Shown in pieces: positions 9,821 through 20,331 of a stretch of 64,000 nt of DNA (positions are counted from its first letter, which is position 1; every line of letters starts with the position of its first letter). The DNA lies in the IMG/VR virus record IMGVR_UViG_3300020810_001156, positions 188,604 through 252,603 of that record; one strand, given 5' to 3'. A program made the translations under genes and the position numbers. The notes under the pieces were generated by a model. It saw only the letters and a program-made list of their open reading frames with translations, ran no database searches and was not told the DNA's origin.

Positions 9821-10811
9821 ACCAATATTACTCTGCTTTGGGACAAGACCCGAATGGTTGAAAATTAAACCATTGATTAAACTTATGGATAGAAGTGAAT
9901 ATAAACTTCTATTCACAGGTCAACACCCTGATTTGTTGAAGGATGTGGAAGTTGATTATCAAATCAATATGAGTACAACTAACAATAGATTGGACTCTAT
10001 CATTTCAGATTGTATGATTCAATTTCCAAATGGAGATTTTAAAGGTGTATTGGTACAGGGAGACACCGGTTCAGCATTTGGTTGCGCATTAGCCGCATTT
10101 AATAGACAAATCCGAATCTATTATTTGGAAGCAGGATTAAGGAGTGGTGATTTACAACACCCATATCCTGAAGAAGGTTATAGACAGATGATTGCAAGAA
10201 TCGCTGATGTAAACTTTACACCAACTGAATTATCGGCACAAAATCTTAAAGATGAAAAAGTACATGGAAGTATCTACACAGTTGGAAACTCAGTATTAGA
10301 TAACTTAGTAGATTTTCCAAAACCTACAATGGAAAATATTATTTTGATTACTTTACATCGTAGAGAAAATCACCATTGGATGGATAAATGGTTTGAGGAG
10401 ATTGAAAAACTTGCAGTTGAATATCCACATTATACATTTGTATTACCAATTCACCCAAACCCAAATGTAAAGAAACATAGACACATTTTAAAGAATGTAA
10501 CTGTGGTAGAACCAATGGAACATACGCATATGATTAATACTCTAATCAAATCAAACCTAATCATTTCAGATAGTGGTGGTTTGCAAGAAGAGGGTTCATT
10601 CTTCAATAAGAAAGTAATTGTATGTAGAAAAACAACCGAAAGACCTGAAGGTATAGAAACAGGTCATTTACATTTGTGTGATTCTCCTGAAGATTTGGGT
10701 GAATTATTTGGAAAACTAATAGAAAATCCGTATATTAGTGAAAATTGTCCTTATGGGGATGGATATACTTCACAAGCGGTATTAGAAATATTAAGAAATG
10801 AAGAACTTTAG
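9810..10811 (+). CDS. wecB: UDP-N-acetylglucosamine 2-epimerase (non-hydrolysing)
   Basis: GTRPE, TGQH, QGDT, EAGLRS, PEE, HRREN, DSGGLQEE, PYGDG. Confidence 0.93.
   Translation: MKNKPILLCFGTRPEWLKIKPLIKLMDRSEYKLLFTGQHPDLLKDVEVDYQINMSTTNNRLDSIISDCMIQFPNGDFKGVLVQGDTGSAFGCALAAFNRQIRIYYLEAGLRSGDLQHPYPEEGYRQMIARIADVNFTPTELSAQNLKDEKVHGSIYTVGNSVLDNLVDFPKPTMENIILITLHRRENHHWMDKWFEEIEKLAVEYPHYTFVLPIHPNPNVKKHRHILKNVTVVEPMEHTHMINTLIKSNLIISDSGGLQEEGSFFNKKVIVCRKTTERPEGIETGHLHLCDSPEDLGELFGKLIENPYISENCPYGDGYTSQAVLEILRNEEL
10707..10738 (+). promoter_or_regulatory. Internal Bacteroidota-type promoter within the wecB 3' end
   Basis: TTTG-N20-TATATTAG about 60 nt before ORF 10798. Confidence 0.55.
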
Positions 10812-11574
10812 AGGAGATTTTGTAAAACTAAAAACCAAATTAGAGAATCAAGAACACTTTGCATTCTCTCGTTATTCTGATGGTGAAATGTATATTCTAC
10901 AAAATAAAGAATTGGTGTTGGATAATGGGTTGATTCAAATTGGTGATGAGAAGCAAGGTGGTGTTTATCAACCTGCTGATTTCAAACATTTTGACCCAAA
11001 AGAACATTCGTTTTACCAACAAAAGTTAGTGGAATCACTTCAGTACAAACAACCAAACTATTATAGAGGAATTAGTTGTAGTTGTTGTGTAGGTAAGGAA
11101 CAATTTGATTGGCAAGTTGATTTAGCTGGTGGGGATGATGAAACTCTAACTTGGGCAAATCTTTGGGTAAATGGAAACTATCCTTTATTCATTACACACA
11201 TTCTACCAATCCTTTATAGTAGAGATTGTGTATTCGTTGGACATGAAGATGCAAACTTAGATAGATTACCATTCTTTGTGAAAGATTTTAGAGTAGGTTA
11301 CAACGCAATGATTAATGATTATGGAAAAATTGAAGAAATGGCTGAGTGGATTAAAGAAAACAACATTGAAAATCATGTATTCCTTTTCTCAGCATCCACA
11401 TTTACAAACTTGGCAGTATATCAGTTGTTCAGAGAGTTTCCTAATAATACCTATATTGATATTGGAACTTGTCTTACTCCTATGATGGATATGCCAACAC
11501 ATAGGGGTTATTTACAAGCCTTTTGGAATTATAGACCTAATCAAGATATTCAAAAAGTATGCATATGGAATTAG
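10798..11574 (+). CDS. GT-D fold (DUF1792-like) putative glycosyltransferase
   Basis: FSRYSDGE at the N-terminus and IDIG at the C-terminus. Confidence 0.6.
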   Translation: MKNFRGDFVKLKTKLENQEHFAFSRYSDGEMYILQNKELVLDNGLIQIGDEKQGGVYQPADFKHFDPKEHSFYQQKLVESLQYKQPNYYRGISCSCCVGKEQFDWQVDLAGGDDETLTWANLWVNGNYPLFITHILPILYSRDCVFVGHEDANLDRLPFFVKDFRVGYNAMINDYGKIEEMAEWIKENNIENHVFLFSASTFTNLAVYQLFREFPNNTYIDIGTCLTPMMDMPTHRGYLQAFWNYRPNQDIQKVCIWN

Positions 11575-11948
11575 TAGAATGTAGTAAAGAATATTGGGAA
11601 TTCGTAAGAGTTCTTAGAAATGATGAAAGAGTTCAAAGTGGATTTATTCACAACAATTTTATCACCGAAGAAATGCAAAAAAAGTATATGAGTGGAAACT
11701 CACAATACTATCGTATTGCTTTAGTAGATGGAGTGCCCGCTGGTTATGTGGGTGTTATCGAAGATGATATTAGAGTATGCACTGACCCTTTCTTTCAAGG
11801 TAAAGGAGTTGGTAAGTTTATGATAAATGAAATTATGAAAGAATATCCAACTGCATTTGCAAAAGTAAAAATAGATAATGAAGCAAGTTTGAGATTATTT
11901 AGAAGTTGTGGATTTAAAAAGAAATTTTATATACTAACAAAAGATTAA
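11565..11948 (+). CDS. GNAT N-acetyltransferase (PseH-like)
   Basis: LRND..V, FQGKGVG, N.ASLRLF...GF. Confidence 0.85.
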   Translation: MELVECSKEYWEFVRVLRNDERVQSGFIHNNFITEEMQKKYMSGNSQYYRIALVDGVPAGYVGVIEDDIRVCTDPFFQGKGVGKFMINEIMKEYPTAFAKVKIDNEASLRLFRSCGFKKKFYILTKD

Positions 11949-11949
11949 G

Positions 11950-12576
11950 ATGAAACATAATCCATATAAAATCGTAAGAATGTTTGAAGAGGAGATTGCT
12001 GAATACACAGGTGCTCCCTATGCTATCTCAGTAGATAGTTGTACAAACGCACTATTTTTGGTTTGTAAGTGGATGGGAGTTAATGAAGTTACCATTCCAT
12101 CTAAAACTTACTTATCAGTTCCTCAATCAATCACACACGCTGGTGGTGAGGTTATCTTTGATAAAAGAGCAGAAACAAATCATTGGAACGGAATGTATCA
12201 ATTGAAACCATACCCAATTTGGGATGCAGCTAAAAGATTGACAAGTGGGATGTATGTAGAAGGGCAGTTTATGTGTTTATCTTTCCACATCAAAAAACTA
12301 CTTCCAATTTGGAAAGGTGGTATGATTCTAACCGATAACGCTGAAGCAGCAGATTGGTTTAAGAAAGCAAGATATGAAGGTAGAAGTGAAAAGTACTATA
12401 AAGATGATGATATCACATTCCACGGATGGAATATGTATATGACACCTCAACAAGCTGCACATGGATTGGCTATGTTCCAAAACTATCCTGAACATATGAG
12501 TGATTTGGGTGAAGATAACGGATATAGAGATTTAACTGAATTTACGGTATTTAAAAATCATAGAACAATCGAATGA
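11950..12576 (+). CDS. Short DegT/DnrJ/EryC1/StrS PLP sugar aminotransferase
   Basis: FEEEIAEY, VDSCTNAL, WDAA, SFHIKK, GGMILT; only 208 aa. Confidence 0.8.
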   Translation: MKHNPYKIVRMFEEEIAEYTGAPYAISVDSCTNALFLVCKWMGVNEVTIPSKTYLSVPQSITHAGGEVIFDKRAETNHWNGMYQLKPYPIWDAAKRLTSGMYVEGQFMCLSFHIKKLLPIWKGGMILTDNAEAADWFKKARYEGRSEKYYKDDDITFHGWNMYMTPQQAAHGLAMFQNYPEHMSDLGEDNGYRDLTEFTVFKNHRTIE

Positions 12577-13193
12577 AAGTAATCATAGGTGGTATGGGGT
12601 TGAGTGGTAGCACTTTGTGTTATAATATATTTAGAGTTTTAAGAGATAACTCTGAATTGAATTATGAAGTCATAAAGATACATGAATATAATCATGCAGC
12701 TACTATGGGAAAAACTATTTTTATGATTAGAGATTTAAGAGATACTGTTGCATCTATGTTAAGGAAAGACCCAGAAAGATGGAATGGTGATGTTGAAGAA
12801 GCATCTAAGTATCAAATGATGTGGTACTATGATACTTGGAAAGATGTAAATAAAGATATTGTTTGGAAATATGAAGAGTATAAATCGAATCCATATGAAC
12901 ACACTTACTCAGCTATTAGTAAATTGGGATTGAATGTATCATATGATTTAGTAAAACAGGTTATAGATACTTGTGAAAATATAAAAGATATGAATATTCC
13001 ACATCACCAAGATTTTATACAAACTGAAGAAGAAGCTATTTTATGGGAAACCACAAAGATGAGTAAAAAACATATTACCAATGGTGGTAAGATTGGTGGA
13101 TATAAAGAATATTTAACCGAAGAGCAAATTAGATTTATTGAAACAAAATATAAATACTTTTTTGAAGAACAAAATTATCAGTTAGATTATTAA
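12573..13193 (+). CDS. Sulfotransferase-like protein
   Basis: SGST PAPS loop, RDLRDTVAS, KYEE, GKIGGYK..L. Confidence 0.7.
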   Translation: MKVIIGGMGLSGSTLCYNIFRVLRDNSELNYEVIKIHEYNHAATMGKTIFMIRDLRDTVASMLRKDPERWNGDVEEASKYQMMWYYDTWKDVNKDIVWKYEEYKSNPYEHTYSAISKLGLNVSYDLVKQVIDTCENIKDMNIPHHQDFIQTEEEAILWETTKMSKKHITNGGKIGGYKEYLTEEQIRFIETKYKYFFEEQNYQLDY

Positions 13194-13197
13194 AAAT

Positions 13198-13923
13198 ATG
13201 AAAGTAGCACTTTGTTTACATGGCTTATTTGATTCTTTGACAGATGAAAATTCAAAGGGATTGGATGGTTATAATCATATCAAAAAAAATATTTTGGATG
13301 TGGTTGATACCGATGTATTTGTACACAGTTGGGAAATTGAAAAAATGGATGAGATTACTAAATTATATAATCCAAAATCTTCCATATTTGAAGGACAGAA
13401 AGATTTTACTAATATAATAAACAAAAACAAATTAAACACATTATCAGCTCCACCAAGACCACCATTTAGTGTTTTATCTCATCTTTATAGTGTAACTGAA
13501 TCTATGAAGTTGGCATTTAATAGTGAGGTTGAATATGATATTATCATTAAGGCAAGATTTGATTTAGGAAGAATTAATAGAAGAACATCTGGGCCGGGTA
13601 GAGGTAATCCATATCCAGTTCAATGTATCAATTTTCAAACTGATATTGAAAAAGATAAGATTTATATGGCGAATTGGCAACACTTTCATATGGGACCTGC
13701 TGATATGTGGTTTTATGGTTCATCAAAAGTAATGAATCCTTTCACAACTTTATACAAATCGGTAGAAAAAAATATGAAGTTAGGTGGTGAGTTTCATCAA
13801 TTCGCTACATCAATAGAAGGTAATCCAAATGATTTATCGAATGCTATTGCATTTTATAAATGGTGGATGATAGGAAATGGATTATGGAATAAAAAAATAA
13901 AATTAGATACAATATGGGAATAA
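13198..13923 (+). CDS. Putative glycosyltransferase (KVALCLxG / RFD family)
   Basis: KVALCLHG, DVFVHSW, YDIIIKARFDL; paralogous to ORF 52879 and to the C-half of ORF 34338. Confidence 0.6.
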   Translation: MKVALCLHGLFDSLTDENSKGLDGYNHIKKNILDVVDTDVFVHSWEIEKMDEITKLYNPKSSIFEGQKDFTNIINKNKLNTLSAPPRPPFSVLSHLYSVTESMKLAFNSEVEYDIIIKARFDLGRINRRTSGPGRGNPYPVQCINFQTDIEKDKIYMANWQHFHMGPADMWFYGSSKVMNPFTTLYKSVEKNMKLGGEFHQFATSIEGNPNDLSNAIAFYKWWMIGNGLWNKKIKLDTIWE

Positions 13924-14612
13924 ACGTACCTTTAATAATTTATACACATTCGGATTATAAAGATGTGTGGAAACTTTTATTTGGTCAGTTAAAAAAATAC
14001 TTACCAAATCAAAAAGTATATGTTTTAAGTGATTCTAATGCAGAAGAAATACCATCGAATTATACTACAATAGTTTACGATGATTCTAAAGTTTATACTG
14101 ATAGATTAAAACAATGTCTTTCTCAGATTAATGAAGATGTGGTTCTATTTCAGCATGAGGATATGGTTCTTTTTAATGAACCTAAATTTGAATTGTTTGA
14201 TAAGTACATAGATTATGTTAAAAATGAGATGGTTGATAGTGTTAAGTTGATTTATGTCCAAGAAAACGATGTGGTATCTGAATTAGATTCTACATTAATT
14301 TCTAATTCATATTCTAAATTTTCTATTCAACCTACTTTGATAAAATTAAAAAATTTCGTATCTTTGTTAGATTCAACCGAACCTTTAAATATTTGGGATT
14401 TTGAATTAGCAGTTCCTGCTGAAGGAAAACACTATATGGTAAGATTGGGTGATGAGAAAAAACGAGGATTATATCACTCTGATAGTATCATATATCCTTA
14501 CATAGCAACTGCTATTACAAAAGGAAAGTGGAACTATGGTGAATATTCATTTGAATTCGATAAATTATTTAATGAATATGGTATTATACCATTTGAAAGA
14601 GGAATTTCATAA
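13914..14612 (+). CDS. Putative GT-A glycosyltransferase
   Basis: HSDYKDVW, FQHEDM, IWDFE, KGKW. Confidence 0.5.
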   Translation: MGINVPLIIYTHSDYKDVWKLLFGQLKKYLPNQKVYVLSDSNAEEIPSNYTTIVYDDSKVYTDRLKQCLSQINEDVVLFQHEDMVLFNEPKFELFDKYIDYVKNEMVDSVKLIYVQENDVVSELDSTLISNSYSKFSIQPTLIKLKNFVSLLDSTEPLNIWDFELAVPAEGKHYMVRLGDEKKRGLYHSDSIIYPYIATAITKGKWNYGEYSFEFDKLFNEYGIIPFERGIS

Positions 14613-15220
14613 TGAATAAAATAAAATTTGATATTGGTGCTAATAGTGGAAGTGATACTAGAAGAATGGCTTCGGATGGTTCTATTGTTTACGCATTTGA
14701 ACCAACACATGAATTATTAATGAATCATCTCTGGCCACTTTCTAATCAGAATCCAAATATAAAAGTTATACCATTTGCGGTTGATGTTAAAAACTCATTC
14801 CAAACATTCAATATTTCTGCAAATAGAGATTGGGGTTGTAGTAGTTTATATGAGTTTTCCGATGATATAGAGAAGAAATGGCCAAACAGACCCGATTTCA
14901 AAAAAACTCATTCTTATGAAGTTCCTACAATAACTTTATATGATTTTTGTAATTTGTATAACATAGATAGGATTGATATGTTACACATAGATGCACAGGG
15001 TAATGATTTTAATGTTCTATTGAGTTTAAAAGACAAAATATCAATAGTTAAAGAAGGGGTGGTTGAAGCATCTGATAAAGTTGATTTATACAGTGGAGCT
15101 ACCAATAGAATAGAATACATAAGATATTTTTTAATATCGAATGGATTTAAGATTGTAAAAGAAACACCTAACGATGTTGTAGGTGCCGAAGTTAATATAA
15201 GGTTTATAAAAAATGATTAA
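14612..15220 (+). CDS. FkbM-family methyltransferase
   Basis: DIGANSG, AFEP, HIDAQGND. Confidence 0.88.
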   Translation: MNKIKFDIGANSGSDTRRMASDGSIVYAFEPTHELLMNHLWPLSNQNPNIKVIPFAVDVKNSFQTFNISANRDWGCSSLYEFSDDIEKKWPNRPDFKKTHSYEVPTITLYDFCNLYNIDRIDMLHIDAQGNDFNVLLSLKDKISIVKEGVVEASDKVDLYSGATNRIEYIRYFLISNGFKIVKETPNDVVGAEVNIRFIKND

Positions 15221-16577
15221 GTTAGTTATATTTGATTTGGATGGTGTTCTTGTTGAAGCAAAAAACATCCACTATGATGCACTCAATGAAGCTTTGGGTG
15301 AACAATACGCAATTAGTTGGGCTGAACACCTATCAACTTACGATGGATTAAAAACCAATCAAAAGTTGGAGATGTTGAGTGAGATAAAAGGATTACCAAC
15401 CGAACTACACAAAGAGATTTGGGAAGGTAAACAAAAATTGACATTACAAAAGTTGAAAGAGTTAAAACCAAACCAAACTCTACAATCGGTAATGAACGCA
15501 TTGGTTGAGGATGGATACAAAATAGCAGTTTGTTCCAATTCAATCAGAAAGACAGTTTTGACTGTACTTTCAAAGTTGGGTATTATGGAGTTTATGGATT
15601 ACATCATCTCAAACGAAGATGTACAAAACTCTAAACCACACCCTGAGATGTATTGGAGAGCAATCTCAAAGATGGGATGTTTACCATCTGAAACTCTAAT
15701 CGTAGAGGATTCACCTTATGGGTTACTTGCAGCATCTCGTTCTAACGCTCATGTGTTGAGAGTTAGAAATCCACAAGAAGTAACCTACACAAACATATTT
15801 AAAAAATTAACTGAAATAGAAATGGGACAAACAAATGATAAACCAAAATGGGTGGATAATAAGTTAAATGTATTAATTCCAATGGCTGGAGCTGGTAGTA
15901 GATTCCAACAAGCAGGATACACATTTCCAAAACCACTAATTGATGTGGAAGGTAAACCTATGATTCAGGTCGTGGTAGAAAATCTAAACATCGAAGCAAA
16001 TTATATCTATGTAGTTCAGAAATCACATAGGGAGAAATTCAATTTGGATACCTTACTTAATCTTATTACTCCTAATTGTAAGATTGTAGAAGTAGATGGT
16101 ATTACCGAAGGAGCAGCTTGTACTGCACTTTTGGCTAAAGAACATATTGATAACGATAATCCATTATTCTTCGCTAACTCAGACCAATTTGTAGAATGGG
16201 ATTCAAATGAGTTCTTCTACAAAATGAATGAGAACGATGCTGATGGTGGTATCCCAACATTCAAAGCAACTCACCCAAAGTGGTCATTTGCTAAGTTGGA
16301 TGAAGATGGTTTTGTGACCGAAGTGCAAGAGAAAAACCCAATCTCAGATTTAGCAACAGTGGGTTTCTATTATTGGAAACATGGTTCTGATTTTGTGAAA
16401 TACGCTGAAGAAATGATTGAGCAGGATATTAGAGTAAACAATGAATTCTATGTTTGTCCTGTTTACAACAACGCAATTAAAGGTGGATTAAAGGTGAGAA
16501 CATTTGATGTACCAAAGATGTGGGGACTTGGAACACCTGAAGATTTGAATAGATACTTAGAGAATTATGGTAAGTAG
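15213..16577 (+). CDS. HAD phosphatase fused to sugar nucleotidyltransferase
   Basis: FDLDGVL, SKPHPE and EDS in the N-half; IPMAGAGSRF..PKPLI and LGTPEDL in the C-half. Confidence 0.88.
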   Translation: MIKLVIFDLDGVLVEAKNIHYDALNEALGEQYAISWAEHLSTYDGLKTNQKLEMLSEIKGLPTELHKEIWEGKQKLTLQKLKELKPNQTLQSVMNALVEDGYKIAVCSNSIRKTVLTVLSKLGIMEFMDYIISNEDVQNSKPHPEMYWRAISKMGCLPSETLIVEDSPYGLLAASRSNAHVLRVRNPQEVTYTNIFKKLTEIEMGQTNDKPKWVDNKLNVLIPMAGAGSRFQQAGYTFPKPLIDVEGKPMIQVVVENLNIEANYIYVVQKSHREKFNLDTLLNLITPNCKIVEVDGITEGAACTALLAKEHIDNDNPLFFANSDQFVEWDSNEFFYKMNENDADGGIPTFKATHPKWSFAKLDEDGFVTEVQEKNPISDLATVGFYYWKHGSDFVKYAEEMIEQDIRVNNEFYVCPVYNNAIKGGLKVRTFDVPKMWGLGTPEDLNRYLENYGK

Positions 16578-17256
16578 TGATAACAAATATACCAAAATGC
16601 AAAAGGGTGCGTATAGAAGTGGAACTTCTAACCATCCTGAGCATAATGGTAATCCCGATTATTGGAATATTCTTTTAGGTGATTTAAAAGATAGAGATAG
16701 TTGGGTAAATAAAGTTGGTTTAGATTTTGCTTGTGGTAAGGGTAGAAATGTAACAAATATGTTATCTTTATCCGATTGGAAACGAATTGATGGTATTGAT
16801 ATCTCAGAAGCTAACATTGTTTATTGTAAGGAAAATTATAAAGGACAAGATAGTGATTGGTATGTAAATAATGGAGTTGATGTATCTCAATTGAAAAATA
16901 ACGAATATGATTTCATCATGTCAACCATCGCACTACAACATATTCCAGTATATGATATCAGAAAATCACTAATAACCGATTTACTTAGAACTTTGAAACC
17001 AGGTGGAATATTTTCATTCCAAATGGGATATGGTCAGGAAATAAAACCAAATGAAAATAGATATCCATACCACACAAACCATTATGATGCTGGTGGAACT
17101 AATTCACATTCTGATGTGAGGGTACAAAGTGAATCTGAAATTATAGAAGATTTAACAAACATTGGATTTATCAATATAGAAACATATGTGAGAGATACAT
17201 TCTCAGATAATGGACATCCTCAATGGATATATGTAAAAGCTTATAAACCAGAATAA
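16567..17256 (+). CDS. Class I SAM-dependent methyltransferase
   Basis: LDFACGKG, GIDIS, LQHI, LKPGG. Confidence 0.85.
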   Translation: MVSSDNKYTKMQKGAYRSGTSNHPEHNGNPDYWNILLGDLKDRDSWVNKVGLDFACGKGRNVTNMLSLSDWKRIDGIDISEANIVYCKENYKGQDSDWYVNNGVDVSQLKNNEYDFIMSTIALQHIPVYDIRKSLITDLLRTLKPGGIFSFQMGYGQEIKPNENRYPYHTNHYDAGGTNSHSDVRVQSESEIIEDLTNIGFINIETYVRDTFSDNGHPQWIYVKAYKPE

Positions 17257-18486
17257 ATGAAAAGAATAACATTTGTAATACCTTGTAGAAGTAATCTACC
17301 ATATCTACAACAAGCCGTAGGTTCTATTGAAGAACACTATGGTAATTCGCATGATGTGGTAATCTTAGATGATGCATCTGATGATAATAGTTGGAATTGG
17401 ATTACTGAATACTCAGAAGGTAGGGATAATATAATCGCTTATAGAAACGAAGGACCTGATAGAGTTGGACACACTGTATTGTATGATGTTGGTTTTGATT
17501 TAGCAAAAACCGAAGTAGTATCAATTCTACACTCGGATATGGTGGTAACACCAAACTATGTGGAAAATATGTTGAAACACTTAGAAGTAAAAAAGGTAGT
17601 TTCAGCAACTCGAATTGAACCACCACTTCATCCACCTGGTCCTGAAAAGTATGTACAAAACTTTGGATTAGAAGTAGATGAGTTCTCAGAACAAAAAGAA
17701 AACTTTTTAAACTTCGTATCACAAAAGGAAATAGAAAATGAGGGTAAAGTTACTGATGGTATATTTGCACCTTGGATGATGTACAAAGAAGATTTTGTTG
17801 ATATTGGTGGGCATGATTTCTTATTCGCACCAATGGAGTTAGAAGATTCTGATATCTTTAATAGATTTTTTCTAAATGGATACGAGTTGATTCAAAGTAG
17901 AGATGCATTTGTATATCATATGACTTGTAGGGGTAGTAGGTTCAAAGATGGAATTGAAATTGAAAAAGAAATTCCACTACCCGATGGCACAATTTGGTAC
18001 AAACCAAAAGATTCCGAAGAGTACACTATTCTAAGACAACACAAATTTAGAGAATGGTGGAGAAAGTGGCATACTGATGTATTACATGATGAATTTATGA
18101 TGCCAATCGTTCCAAGTAGATATGATACTGGATTTATTGTTAAAAATTGTAATACTCAAATTCTATCCATCTTAGAACCTTGGTGTGATACAATCTATGT
18201 TGATTGTGATTACAAAGCATATGTAGATGCTGAAAACGAAAAATCTGAATATGATATATCGGAATCGGTTAAACCATATGATAATGAAAAGAACAATCAC
18301 ATATTGATTTCATTTGATGCAAGTAAATTAACAAATCAACACTTTACTGAATTCATCAAACAATTACCATTCATCATTGAAGAAACTGGTCAAACTGGTT
18401 CATTTAATTGGGATATCTTTCAAATAGATATTATCTCTTTAGAAGAAGTTGATATGATTAAACCACATTTTAAAAATATATTTTAA
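17257..18486 (+). CDS. GT2 glycosyltransferase
   Basis: FVIP, DDASDD, HSDM, EDSD. Confidence 0.85.
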   Translation: MKRITFVIPCRSNLPYLQQAVGSIEEHYGNSHDVVILDDASDDNSWNWITEYSEGRDNIIAYRNEGPDRVGHTVLYDVGFDLAKTEVVSILHSDMVVTPNYVENMLKHLEVKKVVSATRIEPPLHPPGPEKYVQNFGLEVDEFSEQKENFLNFVSQKEIENEGKVTDGIFAPWMMYKEDFVDIGGHDFLFAPMELEDSDIFNRFFLNGYELIQSRDAFVYHMTCRGSRFKDGIEIEKEIPLPDGTIWYKPKDSEEYTILRQHKFREWWRKWHTDVLHDEFMMPIVPSRYDTGFIVKNCNTQILSILEPWCDTIYVDCDYKAYVDAENEKSEYDISESVKPYDNEKNNHILISFDASKLTNQHFTEFIKQLPFIIEETGQTGSFNWDIFQIDIISLEEVDMIKPHFKNIF

Positions 18487-19364
18487 TGAAAAATAAATCA
18501 ACTTTAGTATGTATGCATGTAATGCCTCAAGAGATAGAGATGTTCATACAACTAATAAATAATTATAAATTATCTCTTAAACATTTAGATGATAGTGATG
18601 ATGTTACTCTAAAAATATCATTAAACTTAAATCCTGAGTTAACGGATTGGGATAATACAAACGTACCTAAAGATGAATTTATCGGTGTTTTTAATGATGT
18701 TACAAATGATATATCCAATTTAGATAAAGAAATTATAACCGATACTTCTTTGTGGGGAACAACCCAACAAAAAAGAGAAGCTATAAAATTAGATTATGAC
18801 CAATTTATCTTTTGTGATACTGATATAGTTTTACATCAACATCAATTAAAACATCAATTAAATGCAGCTAAACAATTAAATGGTATGTACATACTATCAC
18901 CAGCATTACCAAGATGGTGGGATAAAACATGGGATGTATTGGTATCATCAAATAGGTTAAATGGTGAATTTGGCGAAGCGTTTGAGAAAGAATGTATAAA
19001 AGATGTACTAACACAAAAATATACCGATTTATCTTTAAGACTGGTTGCACCAATTAAATTTGGTAATGGTATGCACACATTATATTCAAAGGAGTTTTGG
19101 GATTTCATAAAAATACCAGAATCATTTGGTGGATATGGGCCTGAAGATACTTTTGCTATGTATGCATCCCATAACGCTATTGTAAGTAAACAATACCCAA
19201 TAAAACAGTATGTATTAGATGGTATCTATATAACTGAAGATTATACTCATAGAATCCCAAGCTTTAACGATAACTTTACTTCTTTTAATAAAAAAGATGA
19301 ATTCTATAAAAAAGCAGAATCTCTCTTTGATAAAGAAATGGATAACTTTTTACAAAGAATCTGA
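18486..19364 (+). CDS. Putative GT-A glycosyltransferase
   Basis: CDTD, GYGPED. Confidence 0.55.
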   Translation: MKNKSTLVCMHVMPQEIEMFIQLINNYKLSLKHLDDSDDVTLKISLNLNPELTDWDNTNVPKDEFIGVFNDVTNDISNLDKEIITDTSLWGTTQQKREAIKLDYDQFIFCDTDIVLHQHQLKHQLNAAKQLNGMYILSPALPRWWDKTWDVLVSSNRLNGEFGEAFEKECIKDVLTQKYTDLSLRLVAPIKFGNGMHTLYSKEFWDFIKIPESFGGYGPEDTFAMYASHNAIVSKQYPIKQYVLDGIYITEDYTHRIPSFNDNFTSFNKKDEFYKKAESLFDKEMDNFLQRI

Positions 19365-19426
19365 TATTTATACCAAATAAGTTTCATTAATAGGTTATAG
19401 TAAATTTAATCTAAAAGAAATTTATT

Positions 19427-19654
19427 ATGGCATTTAAAGATATGTTCAAAGACCAAAATGACATCAACGAAAAATCAGTAGTAGGGTTTGCATCATTCGC
19501 AATGATGTGTTTATTTGCAATCGCTGATATAGGTACTGGATTTTTCGGTAAAGATTTAGTTATCCAAGAATTCATTTACAATTCATTCGTAATCATCACT
19601 CTTGGTTCGTTTGGTATTGCTGAAGTTGGTAAAGTCTTTGGTAAGAAAGAATAA
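19427..19654 (+). CDS. Small two-TM membrane protein
   Basis: Two hydrophobic segments; own TATTTATA motif and terminator. Confidence 0.6.
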   Translation: MAFKDMFKDQNDINEKSVVGFASFAMMCLFAIADIGTGFFGKDLVIQEFIYNSFVIITLGSFGIAEVGKVFGKKE

Positions 19655-19662
19655 AACATAAC

Positions 19663-19686
19663 CCCTCTTCGGAGGGTATTGTTTTT
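19663..19686 (+). terminator. Rho-independent terminator
   Basis: CCCTC-TTCG-GAGGG followed by a T-rich tail. Confidence 0.7.
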
Positions 19687-19738
19687 CCTTTAAATCAAAA
19701 TAGATTATATTTATCTTTAGATAACAAAGGTAACTGAT

Positions 19739-20329
19739 ATGGAAAAGTTAAAAAGGTATATCGTTGAAAACTATGATGGACAATTCACTTGGAAACAATT
19801 AGTAAGTGAAGGAATCCCCAAGTTGTTTTTGAAGATAGAGGCTGTCAAAAAGGAAATTGCAAGATTAGAGGCTGAAAGAAGAGAAGCTGTAAAACCTTGG
19901 AAAACCGAAAAAGACCCAAAAAAGAAAGAAAAAATCCTAAATGTACTTAGAGATTTAACTAAGAAGATTAACGCTAGACAAAAGAATCTAACGCAAATGT
20001 TAGATATGGAGGAGAAGTATATTTCTCAGATGGCTAAAGATACTGAGTTAGATGCTAAAGCATTTGATGGTGTTTTTGAAGATACTGATTTGGGACACCA
20101 AGACAATGAACCTGGTATGTTAAGAGCTGATTTAAGTATCATCGAAAGATATGCTGAGGAATTGGGTGAAATGATGAAAGATTTCGATGAAATGAATACT
20201 GAAATCGATTTACCTCATTGGTGGCAATCTAAAATCATCAAAGCAAAGGATTACATAGTTGGGGCTAAGCACTATTTAAGAGCTGAGTTAGAAAAAACTG
20301 ACGGTATATTACATAATAAAGATAAATAA
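19739..20329 (+). CDS. Hypothetical two-module protein, candidate head-internal protein
   Basis: Coiled-coil module, then GVFE|DTDLGHQDNEPGM...LPHWWQSKI..AKDY module. Confidence 0.5.
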   Translation: MEKLKRYIVENYDGQFTWKQLVSEGIPKLFLKIEAVKKEIARLEAERREAVKPWKTEKDPKKKEKILNVLRDLTKKINARQKNLTQMLDMEEKYISQMAKDTELDAKAFDGVFEDTDLGHQDNEPGMLRADLSIIERYAEELGEMMKDFDEMNTEIDLPHWWQSKIIKAKDYIVGAKHYLRAELEKTDGILHNKDK

Positions 20330-20331
20330 GA

